The translations under genes and the position numbers were made by a program. From Adineta vaga (lineage: Eukaryota; Animalia; Rotifera), in assembly GCA_021613535.1 (NCBI GenBank), contig CP075497.1, positions 6,510,001 through 6,574,000 of the forward strand: a stretch of DNA of 64,000 nucleotides, written 5' to 3'. The notes under the pieces were generated by a model. It saw only the letters and a program-made list of their open reading frames with translations, had not been told where the DNA came from and ran no database searches. This document shows, one piece after another, positions 1 to 14,043 of the stretch; positions within the stretch are counted from its first letter, which is position 1, and every line of letters starts with the position of its first letter.

Positions 1-331
1 TCATTTTTTTCAGCTCGATAGTCTTTCTAATGTAATTAGATTTTTCTTTTTTCAATGACAAAATATTTAATCAATTTATGTGTAGCCAAGGGAGTACACG
101 AAGTAGCTTATTTCAATTATTTGCAGTCGATCTTAACAAGCACATACATAGGAATGATTTGATCATAGATTAGTCAAACGAAGAAAAGAAAAAGAATCTA
201 ACAAAGTAGAAAAGAAACGTTCATATATGTTTGTCTTTTAGATTATTAACAAAAACTATTGCAGATATACAACTTTACAGGTTCGATGATATTTTAAATC
301 AATTATTTCTATGAAAGATTTTATTTTTCAG

Positions 332-739
332 ATGATCATGTTTTATCGCATTTGTTGTCGTTTAATTTTTATTCTTATTCTCTTCAAATCTTTCTGTTAT
401 ACATTTCCTGCTACATCAATTGATGATATTCCACCTGAAGATTTAGCATTACTTCTCAATGAAAGTCATGAACAATCAGATATAAAAGAATCCAATGATC
501 CAGATTCAAGTATTGAAAAACCAATAATGAATGAACAGAATGAAGCTTATTATTTGAAAATATTATGTGCTCTTTATGGAAGTTGTAGTGCTGACGATGA
601 TAATAAAATCACTAAACCACCCATCGAATATGATGAAAAAAAACACAAACGTCTATTATCTCGATTATTTTATGGTTTTCCTAAATTTGGCAAACGTGCA
701 TTTGCATCAGCATTTGATGGAATACCAAAATTTGGTTAG
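332..739 (+). CDS. Neuropeptide precursor (two C-terminal PKFamide peptides)
   Basis: ATG at 332 follows an intron-like 281-331 (gt...ttttcag). Hydrophobic signal peptide, acidic propeptide, then KR-LLSRLFYGFPKF-G-KR-AFASAFDGIPKF-G-stop (dibasic sites plus amidation glycines). Confidence 0.85.
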   Translation: MIMFYRICCRLIFILILFKSFCYTFPATSIDDIPPEDLALLLNESHEQSDIKESNDPDSSIEKPIMNEQNEAYYLKILCALYGSCSADDDNKITKPPIEYDEKKHKRLLSRLFYGFPKFGKRAFASAFDGIPKFG

Positions 740-1180
740 ATCATTTGACTGTTTCTTCTTTTGATTACATAGAAATAAAAGAAAAGATTGCTTATATACA
801 TACACGATCACTGGAATTTTGTTGTTTTTCTTGACAAACTCTAATCTAGTTTAATTCTTCTTAACATCAAATAATATTGAAGATTTTTTCAATTCAAAGA
901 ACTTCGTAAGACAAATTTTGACGGAGAAAGCAAAATACTCGATAATCATTAAGCAATGATCTTGGGTATATTTTGTTGTTATACAAAAAATAGAAGAAGA
1001 CGAAGCAAAGAAAAGAAAAGAGAACAAAACAAGCCAAAACTGTACATAAGAAGACGAAGAAAAACGAAAAATGCATATCTGACATGAGACTCTTAAACAA
1101 AGACGAAAAACAAATGAATAGAAGAGAGAAAGAGAGAGAGAGAGAAGAGAAAACATTTTTGTAGATAATTAAAATTTCTG

Positions 1181-2705
1181 TCATACACCAAAATTCGTTT
1201 GTCCAATCCATGAATTATCATTTGGAGGAAATAAAGTTTGACTTTCATGTTTTACTTTAGTGAAAAGTGAAGCAGCATGACCTTGATAATAATGTGATTG
1301 ATGTTGTTGTTGCTGTTGTTGCTGATGCTGATGATGGTGTTGTTGTTGTTGATGATGATGATAATCAAATTGTGAAGCAAGTTGTTTAATTGGTGGTGAT
1401 GGTGCATAATAATTATTATAAAAATGATGATGAGGATTTGATGTTTCATAAGAAAATAATAAATTATCAGGTGTACAACCATTTGTATAATTTGCTGAAG
1501 ATATTGGCATTGTTTGTGGTAATTGAGGTGGTGGTGATAAATCAAGATTTGATTGTTGATGATGTTCCGATGAACATGCCGCTGCTTCAGACATTGTTGG
1601 TGAAGTTCGTCCTATGAATAAAATAAATAATAAGAAAAAAAAAGAAACAGTAAAGTTTTTCGTTAACATACGGCTGTTCTTATTCAGAAGTGTAACATCG
1701 ATTGTTTTGGGAGATTTATCTTTTTTTGATTTGCGTTTACGTGTTTGTATACCATCTTTTTTTAATGTCAATGGTCGGCTAACCTATACAAAATGAAATA
1801 TTAGTATAAAAAAGAAATGAAAAAAAAAGAAATGAAATTTACTCCATGTAATTTATAATAAAGACCACATGCATTACAGACACTTTCTCCACTAGCATTT
1901 CGTCTCCATAAAGTTGTATCCGTGGTAGAACAATTGGCACATTGGTTACCTGAACGATGAAGAGCTCCCTGAAAAGAAAAAAAGCGAAGAGAACAAATGA
2001 AATAAAATTCCATTCTTTAAAATAGACATACATTTTTTCGAATATTTCTATCATTGAGATTATTTGCTGTTGAATAAATCGCTGGATTTGAAGGCATTTT
2101 AGGTGTACGAGATGAGTAAATGCCACATTTATTACAAAGATTAAAACCACTACCATCTTTACTCCAACGTGTATTTTGTGGAGATGCAGCTGCTCCACAA
2201 TTGACACATTCACGTGGTTCATCAAATGGATAACAATAAGCTACGAAAGAAAACAAGAAAATATGATTTTGTTTTTGTTAAAAAATCTGGCATTACGATT
2301 ATATGAATTTGCTGGATCATTTAGTTTATTGTTTGCTGCTTGTGCTAATAAAAGTGAATTCATTTTTGATGAATAACAATTCATATAAAGATCATCAGCA
2401 TAACGTGAAACAGCCATTGCTGCTACTGAATATGGTTCAGGCGAAAATAAATCCGGATTAGCCAATGAATGTGAACCATTGCCTGAACTAACTGGGATTG
2501 TTATGGATGATGAAGATGTCGATGGAATTGGCCATACAGGTGATGAGTGATTGCTTTCAATGGTCGATCCATCCTGACCATTATTCGTAGCAGTATTATT
2601 ATTGTTGTTGTTGTTGCTGTTATTCGTATTATTCGTTGTTGGATTTAATGAAAATGTCGAAGATGAACCATCTTCTGTATGACTGGCATATATTTGTGGA
2701 TGCAT
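1181..2705 (-). CDS. GATA transcription factor, GATA4/5/6-like (paralogue A)
   Basis: Exons 2705-2297, 2240-2032, 1968-1843, 1783-1672, 1611-1181, all GT-AG and in frame. C-finger [33 protein letters not shown] followed by [18 protein letters not shown]. Atypical N-finger. Poly-H/Q tail. Confidence 0.92.
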
Positions 2706-5700
2706 TTTTAAATCTAGAATAAAAATTTTGTCAATACATTCATTCATTCATTCATTCCACTTTCATCATATCACAATTGTATCGTATGAATAGCCTTGAG
2801 GGTTCAAAATATGATTGCAACAGACTGGTACTACTAGTGGTGACTGATAAGAAGGGAGGTCATTCAATATGAATTGGCACATGGCCGAATGTCAGTATTC
2901 AAACTGATAAGACCAATACAAAAAAATGGTTAACTACGAACATCGATTAGGCCGTCAAAACATGGACAGAAGACAAAAAAAAGCCTTCTCATATGACCTT
3001 AGACATCCATTGACATTTCTGTTTGATATAGAAAGAAACAAGAGCGATTACCTTGATATTAGAAATGATGAAGTAGTTCGTTGTCCAACCAATAGTTCTT
3101 TCCTGTTCTTTTCTTTCTTGTACTTTTTTATCAAAAAAAATACGATGATTTGTGTTATCACGATGGTACCAATAGTGTCGATATTAGAGAAGATAAAGAT
3201 CTGCCTCGACCTCTCAGCAGTATGTCGTGCCGTTATCTTCGAATGACTCTGTGTTAGTGCTAGTGTATATAGTAAGAAAAAGAAGAAAAAACTGTACAAG
3301 TGTATGATACATAGCGAATAAAGACGAGAGCGAGAGAGAAAGAGAGAGGAAAAGAGAGAAAATTAATCGACATTTATTGACCAATGAAATATTTATTGTC
3401 TCATTTCGTTTTTCTATTGGTTAAGAAAGAGTAAGAAAAAATCTATCATTATGTTTGTCTATCCATGTATATGCTCGGAAGAAGGAAAGATCAAATAGTA
3501 ACGATGCGCATTTGTGCATGTGAGAAAAAAAGCAATAACGGAGTCAATCGTGAAGGTGCTAGTGGAAAACGAATAAACTGCAATAGAGAAAATAGATAAG
3601 AACAAATGAAGAGACGAGAATCTACACATACATGTGCACTTACACACACGCACACGCACACGCACAATCAATGTATGTGTGTTTTGAGACAAAACGGCGA
3701 TGTGCCTCTCGGGCGCCATGCTCGAACAAAAACGGACTAAGAAAGTACGCTGATAGGTAGAAGTGAGTATATTATATATGTATCTAAAACTCTTTAGGGA
3801 TGTTTTGTTAAAAATTGGAAAGAAAAGTTTATTACACTTTATTCTAAACATATCATGAGCTGTTCAACGAAGAAACTAAAAAAGAAAAATTTGATGTATA
3901 TCCGAATAAGATGGTAAAAATTTGTTTTCACACAATGATAATGTTGATGATGAAGGAAGAAAATTGTTCGATAGGCGGAAAGAGCAAAAGCTCTTGTCTT
4001 ACTATCGATTATCATACACAATTTTGTCACCATCAAGTCTTCAAAGAATCAATTCAGTCATTTAGATATATTTCAGTGTAATGATTATTTATAATCGAAG
4101 CATTCGTTTTCTTTTTCTGCTTGGGTGTTTCCAAGAATCACATTTCACACAAATGTAAGTGTTGATGGTCGGTCACAGCATGAGTTCTCTGCATTAATAT
4201 TATACCTGTGATGATCACTTTTTTTTGGTTCTATAGTGATGAGACAGAGCAGAGTGACGATCAAAAGATGAACATAGTGACACGGGTAATTATAAATATA
4301 CACGGTTTAAAATATGATATAAAAATTCTTTTATTCTTCAAATGAATTGGATTCGGCACGTGTTTTTTTCTCGTATTTCGAAAGATAAATTGTTTTAACT
4401 GAACCAAGTCTAATCTACTTAGTTTAAATATTTTCATCTTCAATACATCACCAATCCAGATGTTAAATCGTTTTAGAAAAGAAAACACAAAACTATAATG
4501 ATTTTTTTTCTTTCTTTTTCTATTTCGTTCTACATAATGCGATAAGCATCCATATGAGCAAGTGTCGAGAGAGAGAGAGAGAGAGAGAGAGTAATGAACG
4601 ACAACGATTGATTTCTGCCTAATACATACGGGAATAGACATCAGGCAAAACCTACGCACATTGCTCGTATACATATATATATATATTTCTTTACTTGTCT
4701 TCATTTTCTTTACCCATCATCATTGCAACTTAATTGACAGCATAATGACTTTTCAACAACATGCGGAGGTTGAGAAATGAGAGATGGATAGAAGAATTCA
4801 GAAAGTTTATCTAGACATACCGAGAAGAATTTCTTTCCGAGATATATAATGAAATCACAAATATTTAATTGATTAAAATTTGTTTGTTATTATTTGAAAG
4901 TATCTAGCACTGATTTTTATCTTTTCATACAATGCTTAGCATTTGTTTATTTAAAAAAGATATTGGAAAAAAAAGAATCCAATATCAACATATCCGTAAT
5001 TATTTTAAATGGAAGAAAAAGAATTTTAAACAAGTTTTCTTATCATATAGATGATTTGCTTAGTAAACAATAAATTGAGCAATCAAAGTTGTTGTTATTC
5101 TTGCCGTTCTCATCTCTCGACATACTTACATCGATGTGAGTGCCTAAAGATCATACACATTGCTCTTCTAATAAAGCGCTTATACACACTTGCCTTTAGA
5201 ATGTACATAGACAAACGACGGGAAAAAGAGAAGAAAAAGAAAACGATAGATAAGATAACGAAGAGACGCGTCGAGATGGGATACAAACGAATATAAGCAA
5301 GGGAAATAATTGCACATGTTAGGTTTTACATTCTATCGAAATCAGTTGAATAGAAACTTCTGATTCATTTGCATTTTGCATTATTTTATATAAAACAGCT
5401 TAAGGGATAGTTCTGTTCTTGAACATTTGATATTGTAATCAACTCGTCAAAAATAATGTTAATGATCATTCCTTAAATGGATATAATATGCACATAGAAC
5501 GATGATAAATTGAAATTCATTTCTTATCTCCCATCAAACTTATTCAATATGGACATTTTAGTACTCCACCTTATGTATACGTTTGCAATCGAACACCCCC
5601 TACTGTCCATCATCATTATGATGAACAACAACAGCTTCGATTACTCATCATGCCATCTTAATATTAGATCATTTAGGACGAAAGGCACTGTTCCAGTTCA

Positions 5701-8003
5701 ACTACCATCATATATATTGAAACAGTAGAACGAATGTCAGAAGACACGCGACTTTACTTTGCTGGATAGTTTATATTAAAATAGAGTACATGCCAATATA
5801 AAGATAGTTTTACTTGTCGTCGTCCAAAAACAGAATCTGATTGATTATGACAATCAAAATGAATGATGTTCAAACAAAAATGAGAGATAATCATTGAACA
5901 ATAGGTGTGAAAAAGAAGTGAAAACAGCATGAAATAATGAACGTGATAGAAAGAAGATTTTTTTTTAAATCGAAGTTTCACATAGAGAAACAGTAAATAT
6001 TGAATAATATATATTATAATCTTCGTCATAGTTATACTCAATCAGAATGAATCTTAAATTGAACTTTGTCGTTGCACTAAAAAGATTTGTATGAAAAGAT
6101 TCAATCAAACTGAATCGTGTTCTTTGAAAATGTCATTATCGTTATTTTGCAACTGTTCCTAACTTTTTATTCAAAGTTATGCCGAAAGAATTTACTATTT
6201 TTTTAAAAGTTATTTTAATCGAGCAGTAGATAGTCTTGTATGCGATAATATAATGAAACATCCTTTGAATAATTATGAGTAATCGAGGATGAATGAAGAA
6301 AAATATTGTTGTTCAGAATAGATTTTAGGTCTAGATATTAATTGTATAATTTCATTTAGTTTAACAGAGTATGAGAATAATCAGTTTGTTCGACTAAAGG
6401 GAGTTCAACTTGACCGTAATTGTTGTATCAATCACTTCTCGATTACGAGGCATGCAATCGTATTTTTCAAAAGTTTCGATCAAAGCTTTTGTATATCTTC
6501 TATTGAGAGGAGTACTTCGTTTTAATTAGTAACGAACAAATAGTAGCTACCATTCGATGACAACGTTTTATAACACGATCGAATATTAACTTACATTTTG
6601 GTAATAATAGAATAGCTTCTCTTATTTTTGTGATTATATAGTATACCATGTGCATTATCAAAAAGTTTTGAAAATATTTCTTTACAGAAATAAGTTTGCA
6701 AGAAAGACATCTTTAAAATACATATGCAGATGAAAACACATACAATAGAATTGAATAAAACGACTTCATACAATCAACTATTACTAGTTCTTGGATGGAT
6801 TTATCGAAAAAATATTTTTATCAAAATGCATCTCCATCTATAACTAATAATGACGAGATTATCCGATAGTAAACGACAATAGTTTCTCTTTAGTTACACG
6901 CGTAAATTTATTATGTGCATCTTATTTAACGGTCATATAGAAAGAAGTAAATGTATGTATTTCTGTTTCGCTCAGGCTCTCACGGATATCAAGCGCAGAC
7001 AAAGTCGATATAAAGAATACGTTTTTTAAAAAGGAAAAATTTATACCGTTCCACGACAGTTTTCATAATTTCAACATCTTTGTTTGCGAAATATAACTTG
7101 TATGAATATCTTGTTCTAGCTATCAATTAGACTAGATTCAGCTTCACTTTGATCGCTTAAACTGATGTTTTATATTGATTGTTCGACAACGTTAGACTTT
7201 CATATCTGGCTAATAAGTGATAATAATACATGTCTGTTTTAAAGTTCAAATGGATATGTCGAATCAGAGTGGATTCAAATATGATCTTCGAACGGATTCT
7301 TCGATCAAAAAGTGAGAAATACTATTCACTACAAAAATAACATAACATTTTTTTTGTGAAAATATTCAAGGATTTTCATTGAATCATTTAGAAACAAGAA
7401 GATAAATATTTATAGAAAGTCTCACCATCTGTTAATTAAATTCACACAGATCAATAAATGGTACTTTACATACATAGTTTAAAAGAAAGATATCTATTAT
7501 TAGTGTATAACGATCAAAACTATTTTAAATTCATTTATCAAGGTTGACAATCCTTTTCAAACAGTATAGAAATATAATATGCATCTCATTTTCTTCTACT
7601 TACCAATTTCAGATATCTTCAAACATTTCGCGAGACATCAAAAAATTTGTACTATAGAAATTCATTTCTTATATATATCTAAACATTTAGTTTTAACCAC
7701 ACATATTATTTAACGAACAAGTATAAATTATTTTTTTTGAACAAAAGAAAGAAAGAACAAAAGAAGAAAAAACAGAATCATCAACGCATCACAAAGAGCT
7801 CACTTTTTAACATGCCCTATAACGTGGGATTTGTTTTCTTTTTACATACAAGGGAATACAGAATACACATTCAGGAGAAAAAAAGGAATAACAAATGACA
7901 ACTATCTGATCTTATCACGGTTGGCAGTCAGTTGTAGTAGTCGTTGATGGAATCGTTGATATAATGGTGGAATGATGTTCATCACCATTTGTTACATTAT
8001 TCG

Positions 8004-10502
8004 TTATTGATGAACCTGTCGATGAAAGCGGTGAGCGACAATTTCTCTCGCACAAAGTTCAGCATCAAAAACGACCGGTGTCATATCGGATTGTTGTTGT
8101 GCTTGCTGATGATGATATTGAACAACAGTCGGTTGTTGAGATGAAAAACGGTGATGTTGTTCAAGTGTTGTTGCATATGGATGATGTCGATGTTGATTCA
8201 AATGAGACTGATGGTGTGAAGGAAATAAATCATTGCGGATTGAATTATATTCATGATGATAATTTCCTTGTCTTCCAAGATCTATTAATATATATATATA
8301 TATACATTTAGAAAACTTATACACAAATATATTCAATTATATTCTTACGTGCTGTAGTTAAACCATAATCAATAGTTGGTTCCGATGCACATGGTGCGGG
8401 TTCTTTACCCGATGCTGATGTCATACCATGTTTATTATGTTTAGATTTTGAATTTGAATTACTACCAGAACCATTTCCACTTGAACTTTTTTGTTTTCGA
8501 CGACGTGTTTGAATACCTGGTTTAACCATATTTAATGGACGAGCAATCTGTATATTAAAAATGACATATTAAAAACACATTCATAAAACAATAACAAAGA
8601 TTATTACTTGATGTAGTTTATAATATAGACCACAAGCATTACAAACAGGTTCACCTTCACTATTTCGTCGCCATAATGTTGTATTTTGTGTTTGACAATT
8701 AGCACATTGTAAACCAGAACGGCGTGCTCCTGATAAGGCCTAGAATAAATTTTGAATAAGTTCATGTTTTTAAATTATATCATTTAATATTTTTTACTTG
8801 TTTATGAGCAGAATTCATTAATGCACTATTGACTGAAGACGTGGTTTCATCCTGTGAAGAAAAACAACATTACGAATCTAGATATATATGCGTGTGAATG
8901 AAACTGTACTGTTTGTGTTCGATGATATGATGGTAATTGAGATTGAGAATTTGTTGTATCATTGCCATTATTCGTATTAGGTTTCATTGTTGGATACGGT
9001 GCATAATGTGAATCGGAATTAGCAAGTGCCATTGATGATAATGCTTTTGATGACGTATTTCGACGGGATGGTGGTGTTGTTGCTTGATGATAAATTTGAC
9101 TTGGATGAATAGGATGATGATGAGAATAAGGATTTGTTAAGGATGATACATTTGGCAAACAAATTGGTTCACCAATTGGAAGACCAGTTTCCATAGTTGA
9201 AGGACGAGGACCATCTTCATCATCCTATGTAAGAAGATTAAAAAAGATGTTTGATATTTATTTATTCACAAAAAATAGATTTTTCATTTACCAAACGTCG
9301 AGATAATCGTTGTACTGGCCGACTAGGACCATTAATTTTATGAGTTAAACCACAAGCATTGCACAAATAATGGCCAGTACCATCCCGACGCCATGATGGT
9401 GTTGATATAGCACCACAATTCACACATTCTCGACCATCAATTGGCTCATAATATCCTTCTGAAATAATCAATATTACTATTTTTATATTTCTTTTTTATG
9501 TTAACAAAAATCTTACCTGTACATTGAATATAAGTACCAAGAGATGCTGTATCGTTCCAAAATTGAATTTGATCAGAATTATTTATCAATTGTGATTGTT
9601 GAAGAAAAGTCAATTCATTTAAACTAGGTGCTGAGGAAGGAGCATAGGCTGTTGGTAAACTATAATAGTGCTGAATATTATTTGGTGTCCATCCTTCATT
9701 AGCACTATCAGCATAAACAGTATTAGGTGGTGATGTCGATGTTCGACGTGTACTCGCACTAGCAACATATCGATTTGTTTCATCATAGGCCGATTGACGA
9801 TATTCAGATTGGGATTGAGAAGTATGATGTAAAGTAAAATGAGGCGGTGAAATCGGTGGTTGGTGATGATTAGCTGGTGTAGGTGGTGAATAGAGTTCTA
9901 GAATCAAAAGAATATGAAATTATTCTAAAAATTTTTGAATAAAAGATGATTTTATTTTACGTTGTTGTATATGAGAATAATTTTGTGTATGATGATGTTG
10001 TTGTTGAAGATGATCAACACCGTTCACTAATTCTTCAGTATAATATGTAACTGATTCATCGTAAGGTAATTGACCTTGTTGTTGAAATTGGCCAGAAAAG
10101 GAAGACGATTCTTAAAAATAGAAAAAAAATACATTGTTAAAACAAGAGATTTTTTTAAAATAATTTACCATTTGTTGATGGATACTGTTCTTGCTGTAAA
10201 TCATTTGAAGAAACAGTATTGCTATTTGCTACTGTTGTCGATGTAGTTGATGAGGGTTGTTCCGAATAAATTGTTCCTTGTTGCTGTTGGTGTTGTTCGT
10301 TTTGTTTTGAAGAATTTATTGGTGAGGATGTTCGATTATGTGTTGTTGTTGATGGTGGTAGTGGTAGTGGTGGCGGTGGTGATGATGATGATGAACCACT
10401 AGCATTTGAAAGACTACTATTATCTTCATCATTAGCATGTTCATTTTTAATTATTGTTGTTGACAATGTTTTTTCATCAATTGGTGTCCAAACAGTTGAC
10501 AT
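8004..10502 (-). CDS. GATA transcription factor, GATA4/5/6 (pannier-like; paralogue B)
   Basis: Exons 10502-10169, 10110-9961, 9897-9517, 9458-9292, 9224-8910, 8851-8798, 8739-8608, 8547-8349, 8281-8004. N-finger [26 protein letters not shown]-finger [32 protein letters not shown] (EGEPV is a GATA456 signature). Confidence 0.93.
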
Positions 10503-13500
10503 GTTGATAAAAAGACGATGTCACTAAAGATAACAAATAAGAATAGGAACGATTATCCTTATAACAAAAATTTCTTCTTATGTTCGTCATTTTCTTCTCT
10601 TGTTTTTTTCTTTTTCTTTTCTTTTTCTTCTTCTCTTTTCTCTATTCTTCTTAAATGTCATTGGTTGAGGTGACAATTTTTTTTTAATTGGTCCAACGAT
10701 ACTTACTGTTTGACGAAAGAAAAGGAAAAAACATGTTCGATGGGTTGTTTTGAACGATGAAGAATTCGAACTAACATAAACATCGAAGAAAATATTTTTT
10801 ATGGTAATGATGCTCGTGCTCGTTTTGGATGATAAGCTCTCTTTTGATAAGACCCTTGTTTCTCTCTCTCGTTCTTTCGACGATTTTTCTTTATTTCACT
10901 CTTCCTGCGTCTGCTGCTCCCATTCCAAGCGGGCGCTACAAAACTTTGATAAAAATTATCGCTTGTCTGTGGTTGTAAAACGACACTCATCACAACGAGG
11001 GAGAGAAAAAAAGATAGAGCTGCATTTCACTCACATTCACTTTTCAAAAAGAGCAGCAGCAGACAAGACGTACGGCAATATTGATAGAGGTGAGCAGACG
11101 CAACAAATAGATTTAACTCTTGATAATTTTTGATTTTGACTTTTCTTCTTAGCTATGCTGATTTGTCACACGTCCTAATTATTATATATGTTACCTTTTT
11201 AGAAATGATGATCTTCGTTTACTCGACGCGTATTGGCCAAAAAAAAATTTTTTTTTCTCAAGTGCTTATATGTGTGTGGTAGTGTTGTGTGCGTTCAAGT
11301 TAAATAAAAACTAGGAGTGGGGCGGCAAAGTATGATTTTTCTCTCCGTCCCTCTCCTTTCTTCTCTCTTCTTCTTCTTCTTCTTCGTACTCTCCAACTGC
11401 TGCTTGTTGCCGTCATCGTCGACGTCGCTCTTCTCTTCTTTTTTTTTCGCTCTCTACTCACAAACATAAGCGCTTCTTTCAAACAAGTCAGCGCCCATAT
11501 AGCCACCACTTATAATTGTTTGGAAGTGAAATATGTGCACATGCACGGCGTATTCTATATATATATATATATAAATAAATGTGTGTATGCTATCTCTCGT
11601 AATGAAAGTCTTCATCATCTTCTTCTTTTTTTCCTTTGTTAAAATTAGATTTTCAAGGAGGTTGACTCTCGAAAACAGATCGACAGGTGCAGTTGTCTAC
11701 ATACGCGTGTGGATGTAACTAAATCCGTAATGGATGATCATGATTTTATGGTTTAATGACAATGAAAATTGCCTTTTCTTTCTTTCTCTTTGTACATGTG
11801 TCTCTCTTTCTCTCGTATTGCCTCTTCTTACGAGATGATGAGGTGCGAAGGATCGGATTTAAAAAATCAACATACTTGCCGAAGTAAAAAAAAAAGTGTA
11901 CACATTAAAATATTGATTGTTCGTCTTAGTCTCTCAATGAGTCTCTTATTTATAAATCAATTCAAGTTGAAATTTATGGCCAATTTCATTTTTTTCCTAG
12001 CTCACAGCAGCGAGGTCAATATGTTATCTCTGCTGACCTCGTTTGTCTCCATCATTTGAAGTAATCAAAGAAATGTACATTGACGTTAAAAAATCTTATT
12101 TTGCTCGATTCAAATAAATATATAAATCGAACAACCAATGATTGTTACGTTTATTTTTTTCCTTCATCGCATAAAAAGAAAGAAAAATGTATTGTGAAGC
12201 ACAAAAAAGAAACCTACTGCTTCTTTTGCTGTTATCAGTAAAAGCAAATAGAAACGACACATACCTCAGTTCCTCTCTCTCTCTCTCTCTGCCTTTCGTA
12301 TGCGTGTTCGCGCTTTTCTCTCTTTAGATGCGTACTTTGCCTTGCTTTTTATGAAGTCACAACGAAGAGCAAATATTGAAAAGAGAGCACAACCAGTCAA
12401 GAGCAGAGTAAATAAAGCACAAGAGATAACGAAGGAGAGCTCAAACATATACATAAAGCAACACACCGGTTCTTATTCATTTTTTTCTTCTTTTTCTCCC
12501 TCTCTCTCAACTATTTATGGACGATCAATAATCTTTCTGACTAAAGCATTGTGTTATAAATTTGTCGACAATGATCGATTGATTTTCATATATCGAAAAG
12601 AATGTGTAAACAGAACATTGAAAGAAAGAAAAAAAAACCTATTTTAAGCAGAAAAACTATGGCATCAATGAACAATGAAATGGTTCATTACACGAACTAC
12701 TCACCGATAATCATCATAGACAGTCCACTGACATCGTCTTTGTATCTGATCATAGCTCATCGTATTTTTTTCTCGTCGAGGTATTTTGCCAATGAATATA
12801 ACATGCACATGTCTTCATGTATGTGCCTGGACTGAAATAGAATGAAATTGGATATCTATCATCAGTTATTTTTCATCATTTTCTTTTCTCTTGTAGACAA
12901 AGTCCAATGATTGAACTAATACAGATATCAAGGTCAGAACAGTTCAGTTCTAAGTGAATATGAACAATGAATTTCGATGATAATGATCATAATAATAATC
13001 CTATTTTCAATTCGAACTAGTTTGAACAAAAATTTCTGATGTTTTTTATTTTAGTATTTGAATACGTACCGAGTAAGAGTATGCGACCGACTGACTGACT
13101 GGCACGGCGGCCATACTCTTATTATCTAAATTGTTATTTGGATAAGATAACTCGATTGTACGAGAGAAGGTTGCGCATTTTTGTTTCTTTCATTGCTTTT
13201 TACTCTCTTTTTTTCCCTATATTGTTCGATAGACTTGCAATGAGGCATAACATAAAAAATCGAACACACTCATACGTGCTTAGTTTTCTCAATATAATCT
13301 GCATTTTTCACTACTAATAATTAATTTAGTTTTGACCTTCAAATATTTTTCTAATTGAAAGAATCTTTTTTTCATTCTATACGATATGTTCGACATGAAA
13401 TTGATGGACATATACATATGCTATTGATGAATCGACAACCTTGCAAGAATAAATGAGTAACGTATATTAAAATGCATACGAGTTTCATTTGCTTAAAATA

Positions 13501-14043
13501 CATCAAAGTTAAAAAAGATCATATTACTATCAACACCTTAAAATCTATTGAGACACAAGAAAAGAAAATCAATGAATATTCGATGTTATAAAGTTTATTC
13601 AAATATATTGCATGATATTACATTTCTGTTGTTCAAAATATTAATATTTGTATCGTTGGTATTGGGATTTAATATATGAACTGTAAAACATGCAAAGAAT
13701 TCATAATAGAATATGTTAACTCTAGATATTATACTGTTATTGTCAATATCATACGGTTTTTTATTCAAGGTAAAAAGAAAAATCATTGAGTAATATAACT
13801 GATAAGAGTATTAACTCGACGTTTTTGTTTTCACTCTTTAATATCAGCAGAATAATGAAAGGTATACGCAGAAAGCAAAGTACATTACTAATATCTAAGC
13901 ATGTGTAACGAAATAAATATCACATGTTTGATCGCATGAAAATCAGTGTAGGAAAACAAACATACATGTTTAGATATTCACCAAATAACAAATAAATTAA
14001 TAGGCATATAAAAAGCGTAGAATTTCAGTTAATAAATTAAGGA

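Noticed and set aside
2926-7900. Numerous short ORFs between the GATA genes
   Set aside because: They are F/L/I/K-rich translations of AT-rich and microsatellite DNA, with no motifs or coherent exon chains.
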